Below, piece by piece: positions 53,451-63,163 of a stretch of 64,000 nucleotides of DNA. Source of the stretch: Chlamydiia bacterium (GTDB lineage: Bacteria; Chlamydiota; Chlamydiia; Chlamydiales; JAAKFQ01); NCBI GenBank assembly GCA_041688145.1, contig JBDNIV010000040.1, positions 1,742 through 65,741 of the forward strand, read 5' to 3'. Made by a program: the position numbers and the translations under genes. Positions within the stretch are counted from its first letter, which is position 1, and the number at the start of each line of letters is the position of its first letter. The notes under the pieces are model-generated. The model did not search any database. It was not told where the DNA came from and saw nothing but the letters and a program-made list of their open reading frames with translations.

Positions 53451-54320
53451 ATGATGTATCGCACACTCATAATGGCTCTTATAATAGCGCCACTTTCAGC
53501 TACTGTAATTGATAGTCTAGAAACGCAAATTAAGATGTGTAGCGGCTATCGATGGGATAATGTTCTTACAGAAGGACATTTGCAAAACATCTCCGTATCC
53601 CCTGCTGTCAGTGGCAATGTTCAAGGAGACCAGATTCTTCGCCGACTAAAAAATATTCACCTGTGGCGAGTAGAACTGGGAGGCCAAGCTACCTTCAACC
53701 AATTTGTTGTGCTATCAGGACGCTTTGCCTACGACGTATTTTTTAATTATCCTGGAGAAGAGCTTTCTGCTCTTTTCACTAATAACACTAATTTTTCTCA
53801 ATTGATCATTGATAACTACGAGAAATTCACAGAAAGAGACTTTGGCCTAGATGCCGAAGTTGCCTTAGGGGCGCAGCTTAAGCTTTTCAAAAACCGCTTT
53901 ATGATAACTCCTAAAGTAGGCCTAGGCGCTTATAAGCTCTCTATTACACCAGAAAACAGCATGGTCACCTATGGCCTATTTACGGGCTTTGATTTTACTA
54001 TTCCTCTACACCATTCATTAGACCTTACTGCAGGATACCAATTTCACCTGCCCGGAGTGCGCCGTGAACGCATTGCATTTATCCCCCGATCTAGCATTAC
54101 TGTAGCCCCAGCAAAACTCATAAATGGCGGCTTTTGGGGATCAAGCGCTCAGGCAGGCATTCAATGGCACTGGGCAAAACGTTGGGATTTGAGCTTAAGT
54201 TGGCAGTACCGAAACCTCACCGCAAACAGTGATGAAAACACAGGATTTGGAGGCCTCGCTTTTCTAAAAACAGTGTGGACTTCTCAAAGCGTGAACTTAA
54301 GTCTCAAGTACACTTATTAA
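53451..54320 (+). CDS. Outer-membrane beta-barrel protein (porin/OMP-like)
   Basis: Signal peptide, alternating amphipathic beta-strand pattern, C-terminal ...LSLKYTY. Shares G[YF]RWD and VELGG motifs with the gene at 54806. Confidence 0.6.
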   Translation: MMYRTLIMALIIAPLSATVIDSLETQIKMCSGYRWDNVLTEGHLQNISVSPAVSGNVQGDQILRRLKNIHLWRVELGGQATFNQFVVLSGRFAYDVFFNYPGEELSALFTNNTNFSQLIIDNYEKFTERDFGLDAEVALGAQLKLFKNRFMITPKVGLGAYKLSITPENSMVTYGLFTGFDFTIPLHHSLDLTAGYQFHLPGVRRERIAFIPRSSITVAPAKLINGGFWGSSAQAGIQWHWAKRWDLSLSWQYRNLTANSDENTGFGGLAFLKTVWTSQSVNLSLKYTY

Positions 54321-54728
54321 GTATAAAAACTTTGCAGAGGCGTTTTATACTATCACAAATAGCTAGCAAAACTTGTGACTAAATGGAATTTTCTTATGTG
54401 TTGCAAAAACCCCAGCAGTCTTTGTCTTTGGATAACAAGCAAATGCATGCGCTCTAATGAAACTATTTTCAGTTTAAATACAACATATCTTTCCAGGATA
54501 TAACATAGGCAGCCTGCCTATATTTTTAATAGAATCTCATTGAGCCCTAACTTTTTATTCTAAAAAAAGTTGCGCAATAAAAAAAGCTTGTGTTACAGAA
54601 AGGCTAAGTAGTTTATGTCCCTATGGAACATCGCTACTTAAGAAAGATCATCGTCCGCGTGCGGCACATTAAAGCACTCGCAAAAAAAAGCGGTGTTGAC
54701 ATGCTATAAAAAAAAAGTGTGTCAATTG

Positions 54729-54757
54729 TTGACTTTTTTCGGCGTAGTGGACATGAT
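54729..54757 (+). promoter_or_regulatory. Candidate promoter TTGACT-17-CATGAT upstream of the second OMP gene
   Basis: Read directly from the sequence. A second TTGACA at 54696 has no good -10. Confidence 0.25.
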
Positions 54758-54805
54758 GAGAACAGAATTTGATTTTGGCAAAATAAATCAGGGTTATACA
54801 AAGTT

Positions 54806-55645
54806 ATGAAAAACAATCAATTTAAAAAGCTAGCAGTGGTTTGTGCGTGTGCACTTCCTCTAGCTAGTGCCGCGTTCGCAGATGTAGATGCAAGTCTTTC
54901 ACTAGCAGGCGGTTTTCGTTGGGATACATTGAAGCGTGCAGGTAACACTGCTAACATTCCAGATGTTACGCATGTTTCAGAAAAAGATAAGACACAAAGT
55001 GCTACTGTAGAACTTGGTGGACGTGTTTCTTTCAACCATGATCTATATGTTCGTGCATATGGTATCTATGGCGGTATAGTTACGAATCCGAAAGAGACTC
55101 TTTCTATTCAAGGGACAACTCCTGCTACAGTTACTGGTGAGCTTCCATTTAAAAACTATTGCTACGATTTAGGTGCTGCTCTTGGATGGCAGTTTGATTT
55201 TAGCAATGGCGAGTTCATGTTATCTCCAGAGCTTGGATACGGCTATTCTCGACTAAGCGTAGTCGATGGAGATTCATTCTCAACAGGGGCTCCATTCCTT
55301 GGTGTTCAGTTCAAGTGGATGTTTGCTACTAACTGGTTCATGGATCTAGGTGCTAGCTACTATTTCGTAGGTTCACGTAGAGACATTTACAGCGCTGCAG
55401 CTGGAGCAGGTGTTGAAAGTGGCAAAATAACTAAAGGTCATGTTCAAGGTCCTGAGGGTTTCTTAGGATTTGGTTATGATTTCACTAAGCACTGGTCACT
55501 AGGCGTGAAATACCGCTTCAAGTATCAGCAAACTTCTAAAAGAGTTTACCCAGAAGGTGCCGTAGCTCCTACAGCACGTCTTATTAACGAAAAGACTACA
55601 TGGGCAACAAACCATGTGTCTATCGAAGCTGGTTACACATTCTAA
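54806..55645 (+). CDS. Outer-membrane beta-barrel protein (paralog of 53451-54320)
   Basis: Signal peptide (...LPLASAAFA), beta-strand periodicity, terminal ...IEAGYTF. A strong terminator follows. Confidence 0.65.
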   Translation: MKNNQFKKLAVVCACALPLASAAFADVDASLSLAGGFRWDTLKRAGNTANIPDVTHVSEKDKTQSATVELGGRVSFNHDLYVRAYGIYGGIVTNPKETLSIQGTTPATVTGELPFKNYCYDLGAALGWQFDFSNGEFMLSPELGYGYSRLSVVDGDSFSTGAPFLGVQFKWMFATNWFMDLGASYYFVGSRRDIYSAAAGAGVESGKITKGHVQGPEGFLGFGYDFTKHWSLGVKYRFKYQQTSKRVYPEGAVAPTARLINEKTTWATNHVSIEAGYTF

Positions 55646-55667
55646 TCTCTCCTAAAAGAGACGATTT

Positions 55668-55705
55668 GAAAAGAAGCCTACCTTGCGGTAGGCTTCTTTT
55701 TTTAT
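55668..55705 (+). terminator. Rho-independent terminator (GAAGCCTACC-TTGC-GGTAGGCTTC + T7)
   Basis: Perfect 10-bp GC-rich stem extended by A/T pairs, with a T-tract. Confidence 0.8.
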
Positions 55706-55725
55706 CCTTAAATAGGACAACTGCT

Positions 55726-55965
55726 TTGAAAAAAGCTTTTCACATTCTGACATCCCCTATTATTTGGGTTCTAAGACTTGCTATCATCTTTTATAGACTG
55801 GCAATAAGCCCTCTTATAGGTACTAACTGCCGCTTTTCTCCAACCTGCTCTGAGTATGCTTTAGAAACTTTAAAACGCTACGGCTTTTTGGGAATCGGCC
55901 TTTGTATTAAACGTCTTTTACGCTGCCATCCTTTATGTAAAGGTGGCTACGATCCTGTGCCTTGA
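55726..55965 (+). CDS. yidD: Membrane protein insertion efficiency factor YidD
   Basis: ...[33 protein letters not shown]....[18 protein letters not shown]. There is no ATG, so the start is set at TTG 55726 (AGGA 8 nt upstream). The tracked ORF 5' extension runs through the terminator and is not credible. Confidence 0.85.
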   Translation: MKKAFHILTSPIIWVLRLAIIFYRLAISPLIGTNCRFSPTCSEYALETLKRYGFLGIGLCIKRLLRCHPLCKGGYDPVP

Positions 55966-57014
55966 GATTTTTCAGGCTGAGAGGAATGCTTCTCAATCTC
56001 CGGGAAAAGCATTTTTAAAGCCTCATGCCGATCAAAAGGAGTGGGCAGGGGCTTATTTGCTGCAATAGATACGAGCTTAGCTGCTAAATAGTGCACTTCA
56101 TCTGATCTAGGAGAAAAAAGCAGACGCGTAGCGAAAAGAACTTTGGCTTTGCTAAGCGTGCGAAAAACGCGCATAAGCCTAATTACCTCTTCATCACTCA
56201 AACGCTTTAAAGCTACAGGCATTCCTACTTTTAGAAAAAGCTCGCTCCCTTTATCTCCTTTGGCCTCAATGATAAAAGCAAAAAAAGCTTGAGCAATTTC
56301 ATTATCTGAAAAGGCTTTTGCAATTTGCCTTCTCAGCAAGAGAATATCTTCCCATTTGCCTTCTAGAAGAGCACCTAAAAGCTCTTCATATGCAATCGCA
56401 TGCTTTGCTTGTCCTTGAACATCTAGGCTATCCAGAGCGCGCTTAATGCCACTAAATTCTCCTGTTCGAAAAAAAGCATTCTTCAAGGAAGTGTCTGGAA
56501 TCTTCTTTGGTAATGCGCTTATTTTTTTAAGCTCAAGAAAAAGCCCCAAACTATCTAAGGGCCATTTGTGCGCTGTAGCAAAATGGAAAAGCGCCTCTTT
56601 TTCTCCAACACTTAAGTCTGTAAAAAGAGGTAGCGTCTTTTGTTCTTTAGTTTGCAAATCATTAAAAGCAATGTAACGCATAGCCCTTGTATGGGTGGGA
56701 AGTGCTCTATCTAGGTCAAAATGATAAAAGGTAATAAGGCACCCTAAGGCAATATCAGAACACAGAAAACCTTCTTCTGCCAAAGCTTCGTTTTTGAGTT
56801 CTCGTACAAGGTCCTTTAAAGAAAGCTTTTTATAAAGCTCGATAAGCTTTTGATTAGAGGTGTGCTTTGAAGCAGGCCAATCGGAGGGATTAGCATGTGG
56901 GCTCTCAGGGCGCATGCGCATTACAAAAGCTGCCATAAGACCTAAGTTGAGGCAAAGGCTCAAAGCAAGCAAGCTTTTAGCGCCATATGAGAAAAATTTT
57001 TCACGAGATCCCAA
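55947..57014 (-). CDS. Hypothetical membrane-anchored protein
   Basis: 355-codon ORF with one N-terminal TM helix ([17 protein letters not shown]). No domain recognised. Its 3' end overlaps yidD by 19 nt. Confidence 0.5.
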   Translation of the reverse strand: MGSREKFFSYGAKSLLALSLCLNLGLMAAFVMRMRPESPHANPSDWPASKHTSNQKLIELYKKLSLKDLVRELKNEALAEEGFLCSDIALGCLITFYHFDLDRALPTHTRAMRYIAFNDLQTKEQKTLPLFTDLSVGEKEALFHFATAHKWPLDSLGLFLELKKISALPKKIPDTSLKNAFFRTGEFSGIKRALDSLDVQGQAKHAIAYEELLGALLEGKWEDILLLRRQIAKAFSDNEIAQAFFAFIIEAKGDKGSELFLKVGMPVALKRLSDEEVIRLMRVFRTLSKAKVLFATRLLFSPRSDEVHYLAAKLVSIAANKPLPTPFDRHEALKMLFPEIEKHSSQPEKSQGTGS

Positions 57015-57104
57015 AAATCATCCTTAAGCGTTTTATCTAAAATTTTAACAATAGCCTCTTAGATACAAAATACATGAAAAGCCCCTATTCCTCAAAAGGG
57101 AAAG

Positions 57105-57133
57105 TTGCCCGATTGGAGGTATTTTGCTACGAT
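57105..57133 (+). promoter_or_regulatory. Candidate promoter TTGCCC-17-TACGAT upstream of pheT
   Basis: Read directly from the sequence. Confidence 0.3.
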
Positions 57134-57170
57134 AGAGCTCTTTAAGTAAGTCTTTACCTCAAGTGAATTT

Positions 57171-59591
57171 ATGAAAATCTCTTTCGCATCACTCCTTAAT
57201 TTTTTACCAAGTTTAAGTAAATCCCCTATTGAAGTAGCTGAGATTTTTACAAACCTCGGAATTGAAGTAGAGCATATTGAAGAATCTAAGCCTAGATTTT
57301 CTGGCGTAAAAGTAGCTGAAGTTACTGAAACAAAGCCCCATCCTGATGCAAGCGCCTTAAAAATAGCGACTGTATTTGATGGAGCATCTACTTATACAGT
57401 TGTTTGTGGAGCTCCTAACTGCCAAAAAGGGCTTAAACTAGCGTTTGCCCCTGTAGGTGCATGTGTACTCGATAAATCGGGCTCTTCTATTACTTTAGAA
57501 AAAGCTAGCTTAAGAGGTGTTGAATCTGAGGGAATGCTTACTTCTGAAAAAGAGCTTGGGCTTTCTGAAGACCATGCAGGCATCTGGGAGCTGCATCCTG
57601 ATGAGAAGCTTGGCAGTGACATCGCTTCATTTTTCTCAGGTCCTATCCTCGATATTTCTTTAACACCTAATCTTGCTCACTGCCAAAGCGCCTTTGGTCT
57701 TGCATGTGAGCTTGCTGCAGCTCTAGATATAACAAAACCTGAGCTGACACCTAAAGCTTCTGACACAAAGATGCCTCCTTTTTCTATAGAAATTCAAGAT
57801 AACATCTCTAATGAAGGTTTATGTACACGTTATAGCTTGGGATATTTTTCTAAAGTAAACTCTATTGCCTCGCCTCTTTGGCTGCGCAGTAAACTGCATG
57901 GATACGGTGTGCGCTCAGCAGGTGTTATTGTTGATGCTATTAATGCAGCAATGTTTGACTACGGCCTTCCTATGCATGGCTTTGATGGAAATAGCTTAGA
58001 AGGCAAAAAGCTGAAAATAGGCACTCTTGCAGAGCAGAAAGAAGCCGTTACCTTGACTACCTTAGATGGCAAAAAACGCACACTTGAGCCTCAAGATCTT
58101 ATTATCTCAGATAGTGCCCATCCTATAGCCCTTGCGGGTGTAATGGGAGGACAAAACAGTGAAGTGAAAAAAACGAGCACTTCTTTAGTCGTTGAGGCTG
58201 CTATTTTCAATAAAACATCTGTACGTAAAACGGCTAAAAGGCTTGGCCTTAGAACAGAAGCTGCTATGCGTTATGAACGCGGCTGTGATCCAGAGATGAC
58301 GCTATTTTGTCTTGGGTATGTATCTGAGCTCCTTCATAAAGCAAAAGTAACCTCTTCCCCTATTCAGATAGCAGATAGTTATCCCCAAAAAGCGCCTCTG
58401 TGTGAGCTCACATTAAAAACAGATCGAGTAAATGCCCTTTTAGGCACCAACCTCAGCCTATCTGAAATAAAGCAGATGCTCGAGCGTCTTGGCTTTACCT
58501 GTAATTCTGTCGACTCTGAAGAAAAGTTAGCCGTAACGGTGCCTTCAAGCCGCATGCATGATGTGAAAGCTCCTATAGATCTTGTAGAAGAAGTTGCAAG
58601 ACTCTACGGCCTTCAAAATCTTGAAACTATAGAGCCTTTAAGTGCTTCAAGTCCTGTCCCTAACCACCCTCTTTTTGATTTTTCCAGAAAAACGCGAAGA
58701 GCTTTTATTGAATCTGGGTTAGAAGAGTTTATGACCTGTAACCTTATTTCAGAAGAGATGTTAGAGCCATGGAAGGGGTGTTTTGATCCCTCAACCTTTG
58801 CTAGAGTAACCAATGCAAGCATCGTACAGTATTCATTTTTGCGTCCCTCTCTAATTCCAGGCCTAATGCAATCACTTTGCTACAACCTTAAACGGCAAGA
58901 AAGTCGCCTGAGCGCTTTTGAAATTGGCTTTGTCCACATGAAAGAAAAAGAAAATTACATAGAGCCTCTTATGGCTGCTGTTGTACTCACAGGGAATGCG
59001 AATGCACCTTATTTTCAAGAAACGAATACAAAATTTAGTTTTCTAGACCTTAAAGGTGTTTTAGAAGGCGTTTTAGACAAGCTTGGACTAAAAGAAATTT
59101 CTTTTGTTGCTTCACACATGCCAGCTTTTCACACCTTTCAGCAAGCAGAGATTCATGTAGATGGGTGTGTGCTTGGTCAAATAGGCCGCTGCCATCCTCT
59201 TATTGAAAAAGCGTTAGGAATTTCAGAACCTGTATATATCGCTGAGATTAACCTTAATGACGCTCTTAGTTTTAGTAATAGCACGTCTATTATCCAAGAG
59301 ATTTCACCCTACCCCTCTACAAAACGAGACTGGACTGTATGTGCTGGGGTAAACCTCCCTTTTGAGAAGCTGAAATCTGCTTGTAACAAAGCCTCTTCTG
59401 ATCTTTTACAAGACATTGAGCTTATAAGCGTATACTCAGGAAGCAATGATGATCCAGAAAAGCACCATGTAACTCTTCGCTTTACCTATCAAAGGAAACA
59501 GTCCACTTTAACCTTTGATGAAGCTCAAAAGGCTCATGAAACGATGAGGCTTGCCGTTTTAGATGAACTCAAAGGATTTTTATTTGCTTAA
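57171..59591 (+). CDS. pheT: Phenylalanine--tRNA ligase beta subunit
   Basis: N-terminal tRNA-binding OB domain (VVCGAPN...GVESEGML), B3/4, B5 and FDX-ACB domains. 806 aa. Confidence 0.95.
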   Translation: MKISFASLLNFLPSLSKSPIEVAEIFTNLGIEVEHIEESKPRFSGVKVAEVTETKPHPDASALKIATVFDGASTYTVVCGAPNCQKGLKLAFAPVGACVLDKSGSSITLEKASLRGVESEGMLTSEKELGLSEDHAGIWELHPDEKLGSDIASFFSGPILDISLTPNLAHCQSAFGLACELAAALDITKPELTPKASDTKMPPFSIEIQDNISNEGLCTRYSLGYFSKVNSIASPLWLRSKLHGYGVRSAGVIVDAINAAMFDYGLPMHGFDGNSLEGKKLKIGTLAEQKEAVTLTTLDGKKRTLEPQDLIISDSAHPIALAGVMGGQNSEVKKTSTSLVVEAAIFNKTSVRKTAKRLGLRTEAAMRYERGCDPEMTLFCLGYVSELLHKAKVTSSPIQIADSYPQKAPLCELTLKTDRVNALLGTNLSLSEIKQMLERLGFTCNSVDSEEKLAVTVPSSRMHDVKAPIDLVEEVARLYGLQNLETIEPLSASSPVPNHPLFDFSRKTRRAFIESGLEEFMTCNLISEEMLEPWKGCFDPSTFARVTNASIVQYSFLRPSLIPGLMQSLCYNLKRQESRLSAFEIGFVHMKEKENYIEPLMAAVVLTGNANAPYFQETNTKFSFLDLKGVLEGVLDKLGLKEISFVASHMPAFHTFQQAEIHVDGCVLGQIGRCHPLIEKALGISEPVYIAEINLNDALSFSNSTSIIQEISPYPSTKRDWTVCAGVNLPFEKLKSACNKASSDLLQDIELISVYSGSNDDPEKHHVTLRFTYQRKQSTLTFDEAQKAHETMRLAVLDELKGFLFA

Positions 59592-59676
59592 ATTTTCTTA
59601 CAAATGGATGAAGGCCTTGCCTAAAAACAAGCTCGCCGCCTACGATTACGCTAATTGATATCTATTGAGGTCTCTC

Positions 59677-60630
59677 ATGCAACTGCGCTTTTTTCTTCTA
59701 TCCCTAGTAATGCTTTCTTTATCTGCCTGTTCACGCTCTCCTTTTTCTAGATCTGCTTCTGTAGAAAAGAAATATGTTCATACTTATGGAGTAGAGCTCA
59801 GCCCCAAAGAGTGGCAAGAGTATGGCATGCATGGGCAGGTCATTACAAAAACGCAAGATGGGGTAACAGTTACTGAAAATTACGATCACAACGTACTTCA
59901 AGGCGCTAAAACGTGGTCTTTTCCCGACTCTAACTCTATTCAACGCTCTATCCTATATAATAAAGGCCTTGTTACAAGAGAGATTCACTATGACATCTCA
60001 ACGCTACCTTTATTTGAAACAGAGTATGTGTCAGATACCCAAACGGTAGAAAGAACCTTTAGTAAGGCAGGCTTCCCCTACACTATCGAGGTATTTGACT
60101 CCGGCCGTGTATTTGACGGGCAATACTTTGATGAAAATGGCAAACTTTACACTGCAGTGATTGATTACCATGGAGAGCGCACTATGCGAAACTTCTATGG
60201 GGTAATTATTAAAAAAGACCTTATTGCTGATGGCCATGTACAAACTTCTACTGAGTACTATCCAGAAGGAACACCTAAAAGTGTCACTCCTTATGTTAAT
60301 GGCCGCATTCACGGTCTTAAAAAATCTTACTTAGCCTCTAGCGTCCCCCTTTCAGTCGAGCCTTACCATGAAGGTAAACTTGAGGGTACAGCAATATATT
60401 TCAATGAAGGTGTTAAGGTACGCGAAGTACCTTATGTATCCGGTCAAAAGCAAGGCAAGGAAATTCACTTAGGTCGCAAAGGCGTTCTTATCAAAGAGAT
60501 TAACTGGAGGCGCGACCAAAAACACGGTCCTTCTATAGATTACGCCCATCCTGATGTGCCTAAAGAGTGGTATTGGGAAAATGGATTAGTCACAGAGTTT
60601 ACCTATGAGCAAAAAGACGCTGAAAACTAA
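59677..60630 (+). CDS. MORN-variant repeat (YwqK-like) lipoprotein
   Basis: Lipobox MQLRFFLLSLVMLSLSAC. Repeated Y..G...G motifs (YVNGRIHGLKKSY, YHEGKLEGTAIYF, YVSGQKQGKEIHL). Confidence 0.7.
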   Translation: MQLRFFLLSLVMLSLSACSRSPFSRSASVEKKYVHTYGVELSPKEWQEYGMHGQVITKTQDGVTVTENYDHNVLQGAKTWSFPDSNSIQRSILYNKGLVTREIHYDISTLPLFETEYVSDTQTVERTFSKAGFPYTIEVFDSGRVFDGQYFDENGKLYTAVIDYHGERTMRNFYGVIIKKDLIADGHVQTSTEYYPEGTPKSVTPYVNGRIHGLKKSYLASSVPLSVEPYHEGKLEGTAIYFNEGVKVREVPYVSGQKQGKEIHLGRKGVLIKEINWRRDQKHGPSIDYAHPDVPKEWYWENGLVTEFTYEQKDAEN

Positions 60631-60682
60631 AGAGCTTTGATCCTTTGCCTCTTTCCATATCGATGGAATAGTGAGCATATAA

Positions 60683-60717
60683 AAAAAAGACCGAAGAGTA
60701 TCTTCGGTCTTTTTTTT
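60683..60717. terminator. Bidirectional terminator (A8-GACCGAAGA-GTA-TCTTCGGTC-T8) between convergent genes
   Basis: Perfect 9-bp stem flanked by symmetric A and T tracts. Confidence 0.8.
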
Positions 60718-60798
60718 GCCTGTCTACCTTTGATGCTTAACTTGTATGCGCTTTATGTGCGCACTTTAAAGCTACTAAGATAAACTTAAGGCTCTCAA

Positions 60799-60960
60799 CT
60801 ATTCTTGAGCAGCTTTGCCTTCTGAAGCATGGGCATTATCTAGTTGTACACTTTCTTTTTCAGCAGAGGCTGCTTGACTTTTACAGCCGCAATCAGAGCT
60901 GCCGCATCCTACAAAAAAAGATGCCATACAAACAGCTGCTATTACATATCTAAACTTCAT
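60799..60960 (-). CDS. Small Cys-containing lipoprotein (53 aa)
   Basis: MKFRYVIAAVCMASFFVGC lipobox. AGGAG Shine-Dalgarno sequence 6 nt upstream of ATG 60960 (the tracked ORF starts earlier). Confidence 0.5.
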   Translation of the reverse strand: MKFRYVIAAVCMASFFVGCGSSDCGCKSQAASAEKESVQLDNAHASEGKAAQE

Positions 60961-61048
60961 CTTTATCTCCTTTTTGTTCCAATTAACTAGAACACTCATG
61001 TTATAACTCAGACTAAATCAAAAGTAAATGACAAAGTCTTTTTTGGGT

Positions 61049-61216
61049 TTAGTCATCAGTAGACCACTTAGACTTTTTCTGATTACATTCTTTAGTTTTG
61101 CTGTGTCTTGGGAAACACTTATTTTTCTTTGGATTTTCTTGCTCGCTACAACCGACCATACTTACAAGGCCGATGCATCCAAGCATATATAGGCTTAGCT
61201 GGTTAAATTTGCGCAT
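61049..61216 (-). CDS. Small Cys-containing basic lipoprotein (55 aa), not in the ORF track
   Basis: Manual translation: MRKFNQLSLYMLGCIGLVSMVGCSEQENPKKNKCFPRHSKTKECNQKKSKWSTDD*. GGAGG Shine-Dalgarno sequence 9 nt upstream. Confidence 0.45.
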   Translation of the reverse strand: MRKFNQLSLYMLGCIGLVSMVGCSEQENPKKNKCFPRHSKTKECNQKKSKWSTDD

Positions 61217-61338
61217 GACGTGGTACCTCCTTCATCGCATTTAGGGAAAAAATCCCTGTAATGTCACATTAAATTGAGATTCAGTTTTACGTAAAATGTT
61301 TTTTATTTTTTTTATGTGGACGCGTTAAAAAAAATCTC

Positions 61339-62295
61339 TTAAGCGCTTTTGTCTTCGAAGTATTTATACCACTTCCTGAAAGGCAGATTGCCTGCTTTTG
61401 CATTGAACTTACGCAGACGTGGCGCAGATCTGCACCCTTCACTGCAACACCCTTGCCTTTTTTCGATGCAGGAGGGGCATGCTAAAAAGAGCTTATTACA
61501 ATCCATGTTTGCACAATTATAATGCGTGTCACTTAGCGTATCACACGTATGGCATGCGCTAATAGGTTCGGGATTTTCACCCTTTTTTAGAGGAGTAGCC
61601 ATCCGGTCATCAAAGACAAAAAGGCGACCTTTCCACTGATCTGACCCCATAGTATTACCATAGTTGATTACGCCTCCTTCTAATTGGTAGACGTTATCAA
61701 AGCCCTCTTCTTTCATCATGGAAGAAAGCAGCTCACACCGAATCCCCCCCGTACATGACATGAGTACTTTTTTATCTGTGCCATGTTCTTTTTTGATTTT
61801 CTGGATATAGCCTGGGAAATCACGAAAGGTTTTGCACGGAGGCTTCTCAGCACCTTTAAAATGGCCGACCTCCCATTCATAATCATTACGACCATCAACA
61901 ATTAAAATATCATTTTCATCTTCTAGCGTTTTTTTCCACTCTTTGGGAGAAAGATATTCACCTTTTAATGTGAGGTTGACAGGAGCTTTTATACCAACTA
62001 AATATTTACGGTACTTGATAATTAATTTTTCAAAGCCATGAGTGCTATAACTCTGCGTTTTAATAGGCATGTCACATAAGCCTATAATACTACTCAAATA
62101 TCTTTTAGCGGCCGACAAATCTTCCGCATGAACGCTCATCTGCCCGTTGATTCCCTCTTCTGAAATATAGACGCGACCTTTAGCTGGTCCCATTTTCAGG
62201 GATTCAAAAAAATCCTTAAACTCTTTTATTACGTTTCTAGGGTTTTTTATAGGGGTAAAGCGATAAAAAGCGAGCATTTCATAAGGCATATTCAT
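61339..62295 (-). CDS. trhO: Rhodanese-domain tRNA uridine(34) hydroxylase TrhO (YceA/UPF0176)
   Basis: LAFYRFTPI N-terminus, rhodanese loop CTGGIRCE, C-terminal Cys-rich tail. The start is set at ATG 62295 or 62289. Confidence 0.85.
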   Translation of the reverse strand: MNMPYEMLAFYRFTPIKNPRNVIKEFKDFFESLKMGPAKGRVYISEEGINGQMSVHAEDLSAAKRYLSSIIGLCDMPIKTQSYSTHGFEKLIIKYRKYLVGIKAPVNLTLKGEYLSPKEWKKTLEDENDILIVDGRNDYEWEVGHFKGAEKPPCKTFRDFPGYIQKIKKEHGTDKKVLMSCTGGIRCELLSSMMKEEGFDNVYQLEGGVINYGNTMGSDQWKGRLFVFDDRMATPLKKGENPEPISACHTCDTLSDTHYNCANMDCNKLFLACPSCIEKRQGCCSEGCRSAPRLRKFNAKAGNLPFRKWYKYFEDKSA

Positions 62296-62435
62296 AGAGA
62301 TAATACTAGCTAAAAAGAGCTTTTTCGCAAAGAGGGGGTGAAAGTCAACTAAAATGCTCGCTTTACCCTTGAGAAAAATCATACTCTCAACTACCCTATT
62401 GGGATAAACTTAAATGATCTGATTCAGGAGATTTC

Positions 62436-63050
62436 ATGGTACGCTTTACCGGACCTAAAAATAAAATTGCTAGAAAGTTTGGAGCTAACCTCTTTGGCCG
62501 CCTTAGAAACCCTCTTATTCACAAGCCTAATCCTCCAGGAGTACATGGCGCTAAGCGTAAGAAGAAGTCAGACTACGGTCTTCAGCTAGAGGAAAAGCAA
62601 AAACTGCGCGCGATTTTCGGCATGCTTACTCAAAAGCAACTACTTCGCTATTTTAAAGAGGCTGCAAAACGTCCAGAAAAGACAACTGATTTATTTATGC
62701 AAGCTTTAGAGACTCGCTTAGATATCGTAGTCTACCGCCTAAAATTTGCTTCTACTATCTTTGCAGCTCAACAGCTCGTCTCACATGGCCATATTTTAGT
62801 AAATGGTAAGCGAGTTGATCGCCGCTCTTTTAACGTAAAGCCTGGCATGAAGATTTCTCTTAAAGAAAAATCTAAGAATAGCCTCCTTGTCAAGCAGTCG
62901 CTTGAATCTTCAAGAGAAGTGCCTGAGTACCTCTCATTAAATACGGGCAGCTTTAGTGGAGAGCTTGTGCTACTCCCTGAATTGGATCAAATCCCGATTC
63001 CTGCTATCAACGTGCCACTTGTATGTGAGTTCTTAGCGCACACTTGCTAA
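62436..63050 (+). CDS. rpsD: 30S ribosomal protein S4
   Basis: [21 protein letters not shown]..., S4 domain [34 protein letters not shown]. Confidence 0.97.
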   Translation: MVRFTGPKNKIARKFGANLFGRLRNPLIHKPNPPGVHGAKRKKKSDYGLQLEEKQKLRAIFGMLTQKQLLRYFKEAAKRPEKTTDLFMQALETRLDIVVYRLKFASTIFAAQQLVSHGHILVNGKRVDRRSFNVKPGMKISLKEKSKNSLLVKQSLESSREVPEYLSLNTGSFSGELVLLPELDQIPIPAINVPLVCEFLAHTC

Positions 63051-63082
63051 CTTTTGAGCCTCAACTTGAAGCTTAAAAGAAT

Positions 63083-63111
63083 AAAAAACCTCTTTAAAAA
63101 GAGGTTTTTTT
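63083..63111. terminator. Bidirectional terminator (AAAAAACCTCTT-TAAA-AAGAGGTTTTTT) between rpsD and murJ
   Basis: Read directly from the sequence. Confidence 0.7.
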
Positions 63112-63163
63112 ATACGCAGAAACAAAGCTTACTACCTTGATACTGCCCTAGCAATGCTTGCTT

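Noticed and set aside
54321-54805. Possible sRNA or small ORF (for example MCCKNPSSLCLWITSKCMRSNETIFSLNTTYLSRI) in the 485-nt gap between the OMP genes
   Set aside because: There is no Shine-Dalgarno sequence, no terminator-delimited unit and no conserved RNA motif that I can recognise. I kept only a remark on a long leader or promoter region inside the OMP finding.
59677-60630. Interpreting the YwqK-like protein as an antitoxin of a toxin-antitoxin module
   Set aside because: It has a lipoprotein signal and MORN-type repeats, and there is no adjacent toxin gene. The 'antitoxin' label used for this family is not supported by this context.
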